A stretch of 64,000 nucleotides of DNA from Vicugna vicugna (taxonomy: Eukaryota). Shown one piece after another: positions 13,860 through 26,579 of the stretch. The translations under genes were made by a program, and so were the position numbers. The notes under the pieces are model-generated. The model had not been told where the DNA came from and did not search any database. It saw only the letters and a program-made list of their open reading frames with translations. Where the stretch lies: the NCBI GenBank assembly GCA_013265495.1, contig MU057865.1, positions 558,001-622,000 on the forward strand, written 5' to 3'. Position 1 is the first letter of the stretch, and each line of letters opens with the position of its first letter.

Positions 13860-14105
13860 CATTCTTCAGGGAGTATATAAAACTCCGTACTGGGAGTGGA
13901 GGAAATATGAGGGCTTATTTAGTTTTTCCTTCTCTCTTTCTTTCATCTTTAAACATTTCTATTTGTGGTCGATGTGTTACAATATTCATAATGTATTCAT
14001 GTAATAGTATACAGGTATAATTTGTAAATATGAAAAAGAGGAGATGTGTGCTCAACAACCTTTTACAGATGGGGAACACAACTAAACAAATCTGAGACCG
14101 TCTTT
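13860..14105. mobile_element. Possible hAT-Charlie (MER112/MER113-like) fragment
   Basis: AT-rich body ending ttttacagatggggaacacaactaaacaaatctgagacc, resembling the recalled terminus of this group. Confidence 0.4.
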
Positions 14106-16643
14106 AAGAATGTACCATGTATTATGCCCACGGAGGGTCATCCCCCATGCTAATTGCCTAGACTCAAGGTGCCCTACCGTACATGAGACATTTTTCCAGA
14201 ACGGTCACCTCATCACCTCTCCTTGTTCTTGAAATAAATAACACTGCACATTGCAATTGGCATAATGTCACTCTTTTTCTCTCTGCCAGGACAGTTCATG
14301 TGCAGTTTAATACGATCGTTTCTGCACTTGTCACTGGTCTCATGCTACTTACGTAAAATCTACCAGGTCCCTTATGGGGCAGGATTTGAGCTTGGGGTTG
14401 GGGGCCACATGGGGAAAATGTGGAAAAGACTTTGAGGCTGTGGCTTCCTGCCTTTGGGCTCAGGGCAATGTCCAGGACAGCAGCAGAGATCCCGTATGCC
14501 CCAGTGAACCTGTTTGCAGCACTGAGAAAGACAGCCTGGAGAAGTCCCATCACTGACTAGCTTTACTGCTGCACGTTCTCAGGGTTTGCTTTGGTTACAT
14601 CCAGAAGAAGCAAGATGAGTGCCTGTGAAGCGTCCTAGTGTCAGGAGAGGAAGGGGAGGTCCGAGTAGAGGCAGAACCAGGATCCTGGAGCCCAGGCTGG
14701 CTGGACAGCTCCCTGCAAGGGGGCTGCAGCGCTGAGAAGCCAAGGCACATCATGGGAGGGCTGGGATGCTGCAGGCAGGGTGAGGGTGGAATGTAGCGTC
14801 AGGGCAGGAAGGCTGGAAGAGACTCTGCTGATAAAAAGCCATGATCTCATTACGCAGATGTTAATGAACCAGATATCGTGGGATAGGGGCAGAGCAAAAA
14901 GAGACCACTCGGAGGGTGTGAGTGCAAGGAGGTCAAATGATAGGGACCTGGAATGAGTTAGTTTGGGTTTGCTCCAACTGATGCTTGAATTCTCAGCAGT
15001 AGGACTTGGAGAAGGAGTCTGGTACATTCTGCTCAGACAAGACTGGCAGCGTGGAGGCCAACAGAGTGGCGTCGGCTATGTTTCCGAAAGCCACTTAGAA
15101 AGTTTGTGAACTGTGGTGTCCGCTGGCTTGTAACACGGCCCTGTGTCAGGTTTTGCCATGTTCAGGGGACTCACCTTGACTGATGCAGCAGGATGGGGCC
15201 ACCAGGACCCGACACTGCGAACCACAGTCGCTGAAGGAGCGGTTTAATGAACACAGTACCGAGGATGCATGAAGCCCACAAGCCCAGCTTGTCTTACTCC
15301 GAGCTGTTTGCTAACATTGTTTACTAGCTACTGTTTTCTACCTTCAGGGAATAAATCACCACCAGGATTTTCTTATTGCATTAACTAAGAAAACAATACA
15401 TTTATGTAAAGAGTTAGCTTATATATCTTTCATCCATTTACTCAATGATTTACGTAAATAAAAACAATCTGGGGTAATTGTGATGAGTATTTCTGAAAAT
15501 GTCTCAATTAGTTACCGTTTTCTGTTCACCTTGCTATCATTGAACAATTTGACTCACAACTGTTAAGAATAATTATTTTGAGCTATTAAACATAACCACC
15601 AGTTTCTTCTCCATGTTTATTCCTTATATCATTTATGTGGTGATTGTGTACTAGTATCCACGAATGGCTGTGTACTTTTTATTCACTGGTGTCAGTTCAG
15701 GAGTTGAGTTTTTGTTTCTATTTAATTTAATAAGCACTGACTATTTCGCCATCTCCGAGCACTCTGCCAGGCGCTAGAATGGAGGACGTAGTCACTGCAG
15801 GCTTTCAACTAGGACGGTCTGGGGCACACTTTGGCGTCAAAAACAAGCGGCACTGTCTCAGGGTTTCACACAGTAACAGATCATCTCTCTTTCATTTCTG
15901 AGGCCAGTGCAGGCCCCGGCCATTTTCCTTGCAGACAAGTCCTCCAGTGCTTGTTGGGGTCTAAATTTTTGTCTCAGGATCTTGCCATCTTTGACATAAG
16001 GCTCTCAAGGTCTCCGTGGAGGGAAAGGATGCTAGAGAGCCACGCAGGATGGATTTCAGGTGCAGACCTAGAGGTGTTTCATCGCTTCTGCGGACAAGCC
16101 ATTGACTAGGAACTGATCACCTTTCCGATCCATGTTACTAGCTTGTAAGTTTTCCAACCTCTCACTCCAGTGCAATAAGGCATGTGATCTGCCTTCCAAG
16201 TAATATCACAGGTGACATTTCGACCAAGAGTCTTGCATTGCATAATGTGCATAGCCAGCTTCCCAACCTCTTACAGCAGATTTATTGCCTCTCATTGCTC
16301 AGTTGCTATGTCAAGGGTGCATGTTTCATGTATTTGTTACAGTGGCATCCATGTCAAGGTACTCACTTTTGTACTTACAACTATAGCTAAGGTATGACTT
16401 AGTAATGCCTAAACCCTAGAATTAGACAGAGGGGAGGAGTAAGAGTTAAAACTAGAAGTGTCTGCAGGACCCAGATCACAAGAAAGTGAGAATAAGATGT
16501 GGTTCAGGGATCTTAAGCTGACGGGGACCTGTAGGCATGGAATAAGAAGAAACAGAGGCAGAATAATCCTTTAGAAGATGACTGTTATAACTCGATAAAG
16601 AACATCAAGGCTCTAAACCAAGGTTGTGTGGAAGAAATAGGAA

Positions 16644-16670
16644 AAAAGAAAAGAAAAGAAAAGAAAAGAA
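16644..16670 (+). repeat. (AAAAG)n microsatellite
   Basis: aaaagaaaagaaaagaaaagaaaagaa seen directly. Confidence 0.9.
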
Positions 16671-17118
16671 GCATCCTAGAGGTGCCCTGAAGGAGGAACA
16701 TCTGGCTTTGTAGAAAAGTAGTCAATCAAAGTCAAAGGCGCTGGTCCTGCTTCCAATTACTCAATACGCTGTCTGCATCAGTTCCTTTAACCCTCTGTTG
16801 CCTGACTCTAAGATTGAATGTGATCAAGGCTGGCTTGTTGATTTCTAAAGTTCCTTTTGCAAATCAAATGATATTAAAGGCATGAACATGTTTTGCAAGC
16901 TACCAAATGTAATGCAAATGGTACTTAATTCATGAACTGAGAAAGAAATAACAGAAATGGCTCCCAAGCTTTGTGCCTGGGTAACCACGAGAATGCTGCC
17001 TTCCTAGCAGAAATGGCAGGAGGCAGGGATCGGTGGGGCACAGTGATATGTTGGCTTTGGCCACGATTAAATTGGAGTTTTCATCCAGATCTTCAGGTGG
17101 ATACATCCAGCAACAGTG

Positions 17119-17570
17119 TGTCTTAGCTGAGTGCCCCAGAGGAAGACCCTGAGATGGTGAATTGTGCACAAGAGATTTATTAAGAGGAATCCAATACGGA
17201 AGTGGGGGAATCAATTCAGAAAATGGGGGAAAAGCCATGCAAGGCTGGAATTCCAGGTGGGGACCTGTGAAGGGTAACGTCAGCCTGACCCGGGGAAGTT
17301 CTGCAGCGTAAGTCATGCCTCAGGTTCACCCCGTCCGCCGAGGGTAGAAGGCTTTCATACTCCCATATTCTTAGGGCTCAGCTGTTGACTAAGGGCCCGG
17401 GGACACAAACTTCCAGGCAATTCCTGTGCTTTGCCCGGGCTGCCGATTGACTCTAGGAGCCAAGGGTAGAAACCTGGCTGGAGAATACATGCAGGTTTGG
17501 GCAGTTAGAACCAAAAGGTGGAAACGGGAGACAGCAAAAAGCATCCAATGAGACCTAAGGGAGGCTTCAA
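17119..17570 (-). mobile_element. ERVL-type solo LTR (LTR33/LTR41-like)
   Basis: tgtcttagctgagtgccccagaggaagaccctgagatggtgaattgtgcacaagagatttattaagagg is the typical reverse 3' end of old ERVL LTRs. Confidence 0.65.
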
Positions 17571-17789
17571 GAGGGCAGATTTCGATTTTAGGAGAAAGGG
17601 TGAAAAGAGAAATCTGTTTGTTTTATTAGCGTACGCTAAGCAGTTAAGGTTAAGGGGTCAACGTGTTCATAGAATTTTTAAGTAACTCTGAACTTTTGAT
17701 GATTCTCTCTCTTTGCAGAAATGTTCAGTTTGCGGACCCTAATATTACTCCCTACCCCTGCTTTCTTCTCTTATCCCTGAGGATCTGCA

Positions 17790-18122
17790 ATGAAGAACTG
17801 GAGCTGGGGAGGTGCTGGAGAAAGGGTACAGACTTGCAACTAGGAGATGGGTAAGTTCTGGAGATCTAAAGCACACCACAGTGGTTATAGTCAACGGTAC
17901 TGAACTATGTACTTCCAAGCTGCCAAGAGACAAGACCTTGAAAATGATCTCACCACAAAAAAAAAAAAAAAAAAAGATGTGTGGTGATAGAGGGGTTGGC
18001 TATAAGGTTACGGTGGTCAGCTTACTGTGGTCAGCTTACTACAATGTGTCAATGTATGAAATCAACATGTTTCCACCTTAAACAATGTCATATGCCAATT
18101 ATAACTCAATTAAAAAATAAAA
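17790..18122 (+). mobile_element. L1 3' UTR fragment (L1MA9/L1_Art-like)
   Basis: aaagggtacagacttgcaactagga..gttctggagatcta..atgccaattataactcaattaaaaaataaaa. Contains an internal 14-bp tandem duplication gtggtcagcttact x2 (18013-18040). Confidence 0.85.
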
Positions 18123-18324
18123 GAGACAATGAAAAAGCTGTGACTTAGGCGAGGTTGTTGTCATTGCTTTACCAAACATTTGGAAAGGCCCTACCGTCTT
18201 CTCAACTATTATGGGGTGTCCCTCTAACCCATGTTCTCTTGCACACCCTGTTTTCTCTATCAGGGGGATTCTAGTCAAGTTCATGGGAAGTCGTATGTGC
18301 CTAACAGGGATGATGCTCTTTTTA

Positions 18325-18422
18325 AGTTTTTTTTCATTTATTTTTAATGGAGGTACAGGGGATTGAACCCAGGACTCATGCGTGCTAGGTACACGCTCTA
18401 CCACTGAGTTATGCCCTCCCCT
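18325..18422 (-). mobile_element. Camelid tRNA-derived SINE (Vic-1 type) with TSD
   Basis: Reverse complement reads ggggagggcataactcagtggtagagcg..gtcctgggttcaatccc (Pol III A and B boxes) plus an A-rich tail. TSD gatgatgctcttttta (18309-18324) / gatgaagctcttttta (18425-18440). Confidence 0.9.
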
Positions 18423-19345
18423 GAGATGAAGCTCTTTTTATCCTCTAATTCTCTTCCTCCCTCCCCCTGCCCCTTTGGGGATATTACCATTTGACAACAA
18501 ACTTATTTCTGACAGTTGAAGTTTAGATAATATCAAAAGACAACTGAGTAGATTTCAAAAATTCTTCTGTTTTTATTAGTTTACAACTTTTTACAGAACA
18601 CCAGGACGGGAAGAGGTTTAGCTTATCTCATGCCATGCCCATTTGATTTTGTTTTTTATACATTTGATACTCATTTCTGAACAGTTTAGTTTTAGGGAAT
18701 ATTTTTTTGTACCCTCCCCTACCACTTAGGACCATGGAACACTAAGTGAAGAGTCTAGGGAATTCTGAGGTTAAATATGAGGATGATGAGAAAGAGGGTA
18801 CAGGGCTGGGCGTGCAAAGTGAGCGTGACTTTGCAGGCATGCTGGTTTCCTCACTCATGCACAGACTTCTTAGGTGTGTCTTGCAGGCGAACCTTCTCCA
18901 GGCTGCTCCCTGGGCTCTCCGATGAGGTTAAAAACTTTCCTTTTTCCCCTCCCTGGGAAGTGAGGATTTATGTGGCAGAATTTTTACTTAGTAATTAATT
19001 TGGCCCCCAACAGCGTGGAGATGGTGAGAAAGGGACCCTATTAAGACTTGACATTAAGTTAATAGCAGGTGACAGTGACTTCATCAAAACCCCCTGTGCA
19101 AGACATCAAGTAGATGGAAATTTCAGTTCGGGTACATTACTCGGCTGAGCATCCTCAGACCTGCTTACAAGGGTCATAAAGATTATTTGTACATTAAAGA
19201 AGGGCCTGTCCATCAAGCTCAGTGTGAAAGAGAGGCAGGGAAATTACCGTTGCATAAAACACAAAGACTATCAGTGCAATTCCACTAATGAAGCACTCAG
19301 TACGCTGGGAAATTCTTACTGGCTGGTTTTCATTATTTCTTTAGA

Positions 19346-19366
19346 CACACACACACACACACACAC
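19346..19366 (+). repeat. (CA)n microsatellite
   Basis: Seen directly. Confidence 0.9.
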
Positions 19367-21152
19367 TCTTGCCATAAGAATGAGTGAAAGAGATATGATC
19401 ATCTTACCTCTCCATGAAAACCACCACAGGGAGATGGGAGAAGACCTCAGGGAACAGGCCGTTGTGGTTTAGAGAAAACTTGCTAGCTACATAGATGGCA
19501 AGTGTCACCTGATGAAATGGAAAGGCTGGGACAAATATAAAGTCACAGCATCTTTGGAATATTAACCTCTCTGTTTTATCATCATATACGGTCATCACGT
19601 GTAGGTCAGGGACTGATAAACAAAGCAACAACAGAAAAATTTTTTAATGCAGTCATCACCAAATGGCAGCACTGCCCAGCATATAAAGTACCAAAAAAAT
19701 TATTCAGTTATGTGTTCTGATGCTCAGGAATCTGGGAGGTCACAGGACACCCATTTCATTTCAAATGCTTTGAGCAGTCGGTGAGTGAAGAGGCTGGGCC
19801 ATCTTCTACTCCAGAAGGATCCAGGTGTTGCATTTAGCAACACTTCTGTGCATTCTGAACAGGAAGCTCGGAAGTTTTGTGCAAATGGTTTGCAGCAGGA
19901 ATGTCTTTATTTCTTACCTCTGTCCCTTGGTACCTTCTATAAGCCAAAAGGACATTTCTGATTAATACGGTAATTAGATAGTTATTAAAAACAGTAATCA
20001 TCTAGAAATTATTCGGTGCCATAAACATCCCACACGGAGAAAATATTTGAACATTTAAATGTTGAACATTATGACTGGCTTCATATGGAAGAAGCCAAAG
20101 GAGACATAAAGAATTTTTAAGTTCCCAAGAAAGCACTCACATTAAGAACAAGTTGTCTCCTTGATCAGGTTGGAAGTTAGTGCCGCACATCCAATAGATT
20201 CCCCTTGTGGCCAGTCGCAATGAACCAATTTCTATTAATGAAGAGCTCATGTTTACGGCTAATATAGAAGAAAATGTACTGAAGGGGGGAGCTCGGTCAT
20301 TCACTGGAGATAGCTTAATTCTGGTAATTTCCAATTTCCAAGCTTGTTTTAATTTGTTATCAAAGTAATCACTCATTCCGGCTGGAGTCAGAAATAGCTT
20401 TTTGTCGTCTGGAGCCTGACAGATTATTCAGACGAAATCCCATTTTTTAAAGCTCACCTGCTCAGCATATGTGATACGCTCATAAGTTCCAAGAGGTACA
20501 GTTCTCAGCATCAGAGCCAGGCTGACAAGAACTGAGGCTGCTTCGCTGCAGTCTTCTGAGCCAGGGGGTATATTCCATGACTCCAAATCCTGATTGAAAC
20601 TCACTCATACAAAGAGCAGACCATGGTGGGGAGCAGAGACGGGAGAGTGGGAAACACACTGGACTTCCTCTTCTGTGCCAACCGAGTTCTACAAGCCTCC
20701 TTGTCCACCTCACCTCAGGGAACGTTTCTCTGGATTTTGCTTCAGGCGTGAGAACAGTCTGGTGGGGTCGCCCTTGGTTTTTCTGGTACTGGTCCATATT
20801 TCCTTTGACCCACTGTGTTCATTTATCCACAGTGTCCAGGGAGTGTCCAGCCAAGTGTGTCTGGCCAGCTGCAGAGAAGCTTTAGCAGATGATACTGTGC
20901 AAATACTAAACACTATTTAGAAATCGAACTTGGAGGTCCGCACCAGATTACGCAATTTACAGAGAAGATTCTACCACCAGAAGCTCGGATGTTATTTCGC
21001 ATTGTTTTATCAGGGATAAAACAATGAAATGAATGTTCCTACTCAGGGCCCTACTTGCTGGTAAAACTATGGAGACAGAGTGCACCCAGGAAGCATATGG
21101 GATTTTATTTTCATATTCTAAAGAGGGGCTGTAAAGACCTCAGGGCCACTTC

Positions 21153-21797
21153 TGTCAGAGCAGGCAGATAGCTAGATGTGAGCAGAGAAAGGGGGTCACA
21201 GATCAAATGGCAGGAATTGGGCAGAAAAGAGGGGCACAGGCCAAATGCAAGAAACCACACATCATGGAAGCACCAGGGGTCCCTGGCAGAGAAGGAAAAG
21301 CAGGGACCTCTGGGCTGATAAGTGGTCACAACTTTGGGGGTGATGAGTGGCCCAGAGGCCAAGAAAGAAAGGCAAAAAAAAAGCAGGAATCTCCGGTGTC
21401 CGAATGTAACCTTTTGCTCATTATGCCTTCATTTCTATAAAATTAGCCCTGCAGATCAGAAGTACCCATCCTGCACCAACCCCATGACAATTCCCATCCA
21501 GACTAAGTAAGGACAGAAATCCCTTCTCCCTTTGGGAAGTCGGAGTTGGGAGGAAAATCAGGGGATATGACCCCAAACCCTTCCCTCCCCAATGCACATT
21601 CCACCCATTTATTTTTACACCCTATGCAACTAACTTGACAAAGAAACTCAGGGCAGCTGCTCACCTGAGCCTGCCCGCCCTCCCCTTGAGAGTGTACTAT
21701 CCATCTCTTAATACACTTTCACTTTACTTTTTTAACCACTACGTCTTGTCTCTGAATTCTGTCTGGGACGGGACAAGAACCTGGAACCCCGGTTACA
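21153..21797 (+). mobile_element. ERV1-like solo LTR (~645 bp)
   Basis: TGTCA...TTACA termini; 4-bp flanks cttc/ctcc (TSD with one mismatch); degenerate polyA signal aataca near 21711 followed by a U5-like tract (tctctgaattctgtctgggacgggacaagaacctgg). Confidence 0.8.
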
Positions 21798-23445
21798 CTC
21801 CCACAGGAGGTGGAAATGTAGCTTTGCTGTATTGACTTAGCCACACTTACACAATTTGGTAAGGTAATAATGAGGACTAGAACCCAGACTCTTAACCAGG
21901 GTTTCCTTTATATCTGAAGAAAAATAATAGTTGAAACAGAAATGAGGTGGGGGAGGGAGAGGACACAATGAATAGAAGGTTATCAGGGATGTGGTGGGAA
22001 TTAAAGAGGAAGAGGGAACCGAGGGAGAGGACACCCTTGTCTCAAAGACCTTCCTTCTCAAGTTTGTCACCTTTGTTGATCTCATGAAAATGCCAATGTT
22101 TTAAAGCAAAGGAGGGGAGGAGGATGGTTAAAGGACATTAAACTGATTGCCACGAAAACCACAACTTCAGGACACGTGTTCTGAATATTTACAGGAACAC
22201 AAACAATCCCAAACTGCAGTTCCTTCATTGTCCCTGAGTAGCTTCCAGGGAAGATAATGAAGAATTGTCTCTTCTTTATTGCTTTGGCTGAAGCTGGAGT
22301 CTGTGGCGCCAAGAATCTGGATCTCCCAGAGCCAGGCAGTGGAAAAACAATACATTAGCATTAAATAATGGGATCTCTGGTGCCCAGATTACAACAGAGG
22401 AAGGGTTAACCGAGCTGGGGCCTTGTAGAGTGGGAGCCTCCATCTATAATCTCTTGTTTTTCTAGGCTGGGAGGAGGAGAAAGGAGCCTAGGGGGAGGAA
22501 AACACAGAGTGCCCTAATCTTATGATAAAAATAATATGATTCTTATACTTGCTATCTCTCCCCACCAGGTTTCTGTCCCTTTGCAGAGCTCTAGTAATGC
22601 CATAAATGTCGGTTAAAATAAAAATTTCTGTTCCATTAAACATATGAAAAATATGTTGCATTGAATACAGTTGGTTTGGGAAATCTGTTTTTAGCCCTCC
22701 TAACCAATCGTCCATGCCGACGGCAGCTGCCACAGGTGGCCGTGGCAGGGGTGGGGCTGGCTCTGCGGCCGGGCCACGTGGACCATCCGCACACCGAGTC
22801 CAGTGTGAGCGTGTGGCTCTCACCCCGGACTGACTCCCCCTGCCCCCGCAGTTCTAGGGTACACAGTCTGATGAGCCTGCTCTGAGGATTTAGATGGGTT
22901 CATGCTCTGGAGGGAAGCACGGTCACCTTTTGTTTGCATTCTGAGAAGCTCGAACCACAGCGGAGCTCCGGAAGCCAGGGTGGGGCTCTCCCAGCACATA
23001 CCCTGGGTCGTCAGGGTCAGTCTGTGCTGGTTTCTGGTCCAGGTGGCAACAGCTGGCTGTGCTAATTCGCGTGAGTGTCGCCAGTGATGCGGGGACCTTT
23101 GTCTACCAACTGTTTAAGAACCATTTCTTGTCTGCCCACCACGTGCAGAGGTCTGCCCCGGGATGCTGCTCTGTTAGGAAGCATCCTCCACGTGAGGCAT
23201 TATCTTTCCCTCCACTTTTACAGCAAGGAATCTGAGTCAGAAAGGATCCCTGGCTGAGGTCATATCCTTTAATAAATGACGTCTTTCTCATCGAACTCCT
23301 CATCCCACCCCTCTCTCTCAGCATGGCCTTTCAGCCCTGGCAGTTCCACTAACCTATTTGTCTCTCTTCCCTGTAGACAAGGAGCTTCCTGTCCATGGAA
23401 CTTTCCACGTGCTTCTTCTTCCCATGTCCTTAACTGCAATTCACT

Positions 23446-23960
23446 GTTCCAGAGACCGAGGTAGGAAGGAGACTTAGTTTATTCAGACCTTTGCAAGAGG
23501 GAGAACATTCCAGATCTGAAGACCGATGTGTCTCAGCAGAGTCTTTGCCTTAGACTTTTAGAGAAAAGAGTGGACAAGGGACAGGTGGGGTGATGTTTAC
23601 AGTTGGGGCTGTTTGTGAAATCAGAAGTCTCAGTCGACGGAACAAGAAATGCATCTAGCTACTTTCAGTTACTAATTCATGAACAAAGGATGGGGCTCTG
23701 TGTTTGGCTTTCCAGCAGATTCAGGCAAAGAGGCAAGGTTTGAGTGTGGTCTCGCTACATGTGAAGGAGGGAGTCATGCGCAGGTCATATGGGCAGCTGT
23801 GAGAAACGGTGAGCTGGCCGGTCTTATCCAAGCCACGGGGAGGCACGATCTTCATGGTAAGTCACCTCCCAGAATACAAAAAGTGGGAGAGTTCCTTAAG
23901 CATCTCCATTTTCATGACACATTGTCACGTTTCAGGAATTATCACCGCGTGCTCCAGTCT
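23446..23960 (-). mobile_element. Probable ERV solo LTR, antisense
   Basis: tgttccagagacc.. start, tttatt (minus-strand AATAAA) at ~23478, then LTR-like text. Distal boundary uncertain. Confidence 0.45.
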
Positions 23961-25149
23961 GGATGAGGGGTTTCCTCTCTTTACCCCCAAAAGACCCTGG
24001 ACCTGCGTCTGTCCTCACACTCATTATGTTAGATGTCCTTATGTGTTCACTTGACTGGCTTTCAAGTTAACCATCAGCTTGAAGACAATGATTGTCTCCT
24101 TGTGTTTGTCTCCACACCCAGCGCCAGCTCCATACCTGGCTTGCAGGAGTGCTCACGTCACTGACTGTGGACAAAGAATGGGTAGATGCCGCCTGGGGCT
24201 GGGGTGGGGGAGGCGTTCCAAGGTGAGGGGATGTCTGAACAATGACACAGTGAGTAAACCTGACTGGAGCAGAGGGGACAGCTGAAAAGATACGACTGGA
24301 GACGAGATGAGCCCTGAACCCCACCAAACCACAGTTTCCATGAGGACCTCTCCTCCCATCCTGGGCTGGGCAGGCAAGGCCCTTCAACACCCTTTGCGGT
24401 TTTTCCTGAAGCGCAGTCTTCAGTGATCCCGGGCTGTCACTGTCACCCTTTCCCCAGTGGCTGATTTCTCCGCGGTTCCGATAACACTGCTGTCGGAAGG
24501 CTTTCCCAGCAGTTCGGCAAAGGGAAACAGAAGGTATGTCCACAGTATATGAGTCCCCTCTCTTCTCACTGCTCCCGCCCTGCAAATATGTACAGATATC
24601 ATGATGCCTCCCTTAGCTGTCATTTATTCAGGCGGGAGCAGTGTTAGTCTTTCCATCTTGCCTCATAAATCAACCCCTCCAGCCCCTGCAATCATCTCCC
24701 TGCTCCTCTCTGAACTCTCCAGGGTCCGTCGGCATCTTAATAAGGTTCCCCCAGCAGAAGGCTCCTCTCTGCCAGGGAACGGAAGCAACTACCTGCCCGT
24801 GGGGAGGATGCCGCATTCTAATAAGACACTTTGGACTGTGGATGCCACGGCGGGGCCCAAGCTCACTTCTCACATGTGGCCACTTCTCCCCTTCAGAGTG
24901 TTTTCTGTGCCATTGCTGCCCCCTGGCCCCTTCCCTCCCTGTGTTCTGTGCCAGACGGAGGTCGGGCTGAGGCAGGGTTTGCTCCCAGCCTCTCCCCCTC
25001 GGCGTCAGGACTCTCCCTTCCAGATTTTATCTTCGCTTTCTCTGGGCTTTTATGATGGCCCATCTCAGGTCTTCATTATGGTATTCTGGCTCAGACCCCA
25101 GGCTTTTCCCTCTCCCTGGCCCCCCTATCAAAGCATATCAACTGGGCTT

Positions 25150-25325
25150 TAAGTTTGGGCAGACCTGTGTCCAAATCCCAGGTCTCATACACTGGCTCAG
25201 TAGGTGACTTTAGGCAAGTAATTTAACTTCCCTGACCCTCAGTTGTCTTATCTGTGAAATAGGGATGCGAATTATATCCAACTCAGGGACTGTTGTGAGA
25301 ACTGAAGGAAGAGCATGTATTAAAA
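25150..25325 (+). mobile_element. MIR SINE
   Basis: gtgactttaggcaagtaatttaacttccctgaccctcagttgtcttatctgtgaaataggga is the MIR core. Confidence 0.85.
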
Positions 25326-25436
25326 ATAATCAGTTAATAGAAGTTTCTCTTCCTTCTCTTGTCCTCCTCCTTTTCCGGGTCCTCCTGTTCCTCTTGCTTA
25401 TTTCCATCTTAGGGGGCGGGGCTTAGACCAGTGATT

Positions 25437-26185
25437 GATTGATTGATTTTACTGAAGTCCAGTCAGTTTGCAATGTGTCAGTTTCTGGTGTACAACATGT
25501 TTCAGTCATACATGTACATACGTATAATTCTTTTCATATGCTTTTTCATTATAGGTTACTACAAGACACTGAATATAGTTCCCTGTGCTGTACAGCAGAA
25601 ACCTGTTTATCTATTTTATACCTAGTAGTCCGTGTCTGCAAGTCTCAAACTCCCAATTTATCCCTCCCCACCCTTATTCCCCTTGGTAACCGTAAGTTTG
25701 TTTCCTGTTTCTGTTCTGTAAATTAGTTCATTTATGTCCCTTTTTTTTGATTCGGCATGTAAGTGATGTCATATATTATTTTTCTTTCTCTTTCTGGCTT
25801 ACTTCACTTAGAATGATGATCTCCAGGTCCAACCATGTTGCTGCAAATGGCTTTATTTTATTCTTGTTTATGCCTGAGTAGTATTTCACTGTATGTATGT
25901 ATATATACATATATGTATAAATAGAATATATCTACACACATGTATATGTATATAACACACATATATGTGTGTGTGTGTGTGTGTACATGTGTGCATATAC
26001 ATATATAAGTATATATATGCATCACAACTTCTTTATCCAGTCATCTGTTGATGGACATTTAAGCTGTTTCCATGTCTTGACTATTGTAAATAGTGCTGCT
26101 GTGAACATTGGGGTGCATTATCTTTTGGAATTAGAGTCCCCTCTGGATATATGCCCAGGAGTAGAATTGCTGGATCATATGGTAA
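25437..26185 (-). mobile_element. 5'-truncated lineage-specific L1 (~750 bp) with perfect 16-bp TSD
   Basis: TSD gcttagaccagtgatt at 25421-25436 and 26186-26201; antisense L1 3' UTR/ORF2 end; internal (TA/CA/TG) microsatellite at ~25890-26020. Confidence 0.92.
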
Positions 26186-26579
26186 GCTTAGACCAGTGAT
26201 TAATAAATCTAAGAGGAAGAAACATATTTGCCTCAATTACTTAGACATTTTAGGAAAAAGGTGGCTTTAAAGGCAGCTTTTATTCATTCTTCCTTTTGTG
26301 GAGCATGTGGAGGTGCTCTGTGATGATTTAAAATTGCAGGAAACCCTGCTTGGATTTATTTTTTACTCATTTTCATGATCCTTGTTAAAAACAATCAGGA
26401 AGAAAGTGATGGGAAACCCACAGAATACATGTGCTCAAAGAGGAATCGAGTGACAGCCCTTCTGAAGCAGCCATCATACTGTCTAGGAAAACTAAGTGAG
26501 AAATAGCATGTATTTGACAGTATTGGGGAACATTCAGCTATATGAATGGAGAAAGGTTACACAAGAGATACACGTATGG

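Noticed and set aside
17719..17850. 132-nt in-frame exon candidate (ctttgcag| ... |gtaagt)
   Set aside because: The 3' half and donor lie within an L1 3' UTR and the peptide is uninformative; at most a cryptic exon.
19647..19675. CTCF-like motif (tgcagt..caccaaatggcagca); similar weak matches near 11455, 28895 and 45690
   Set aside because: Each mismatches key core positions and cannot be supported without a PWM scan or ChIP data.
24067..25152. Long ORFs (172 aa on -, 183 aa on +)
   Set aside because: GC-rich region with overlapping ORFs in several frames on both strands; Pro/Ser/Leu-rich translations with no recognisable domain and no exon structure.
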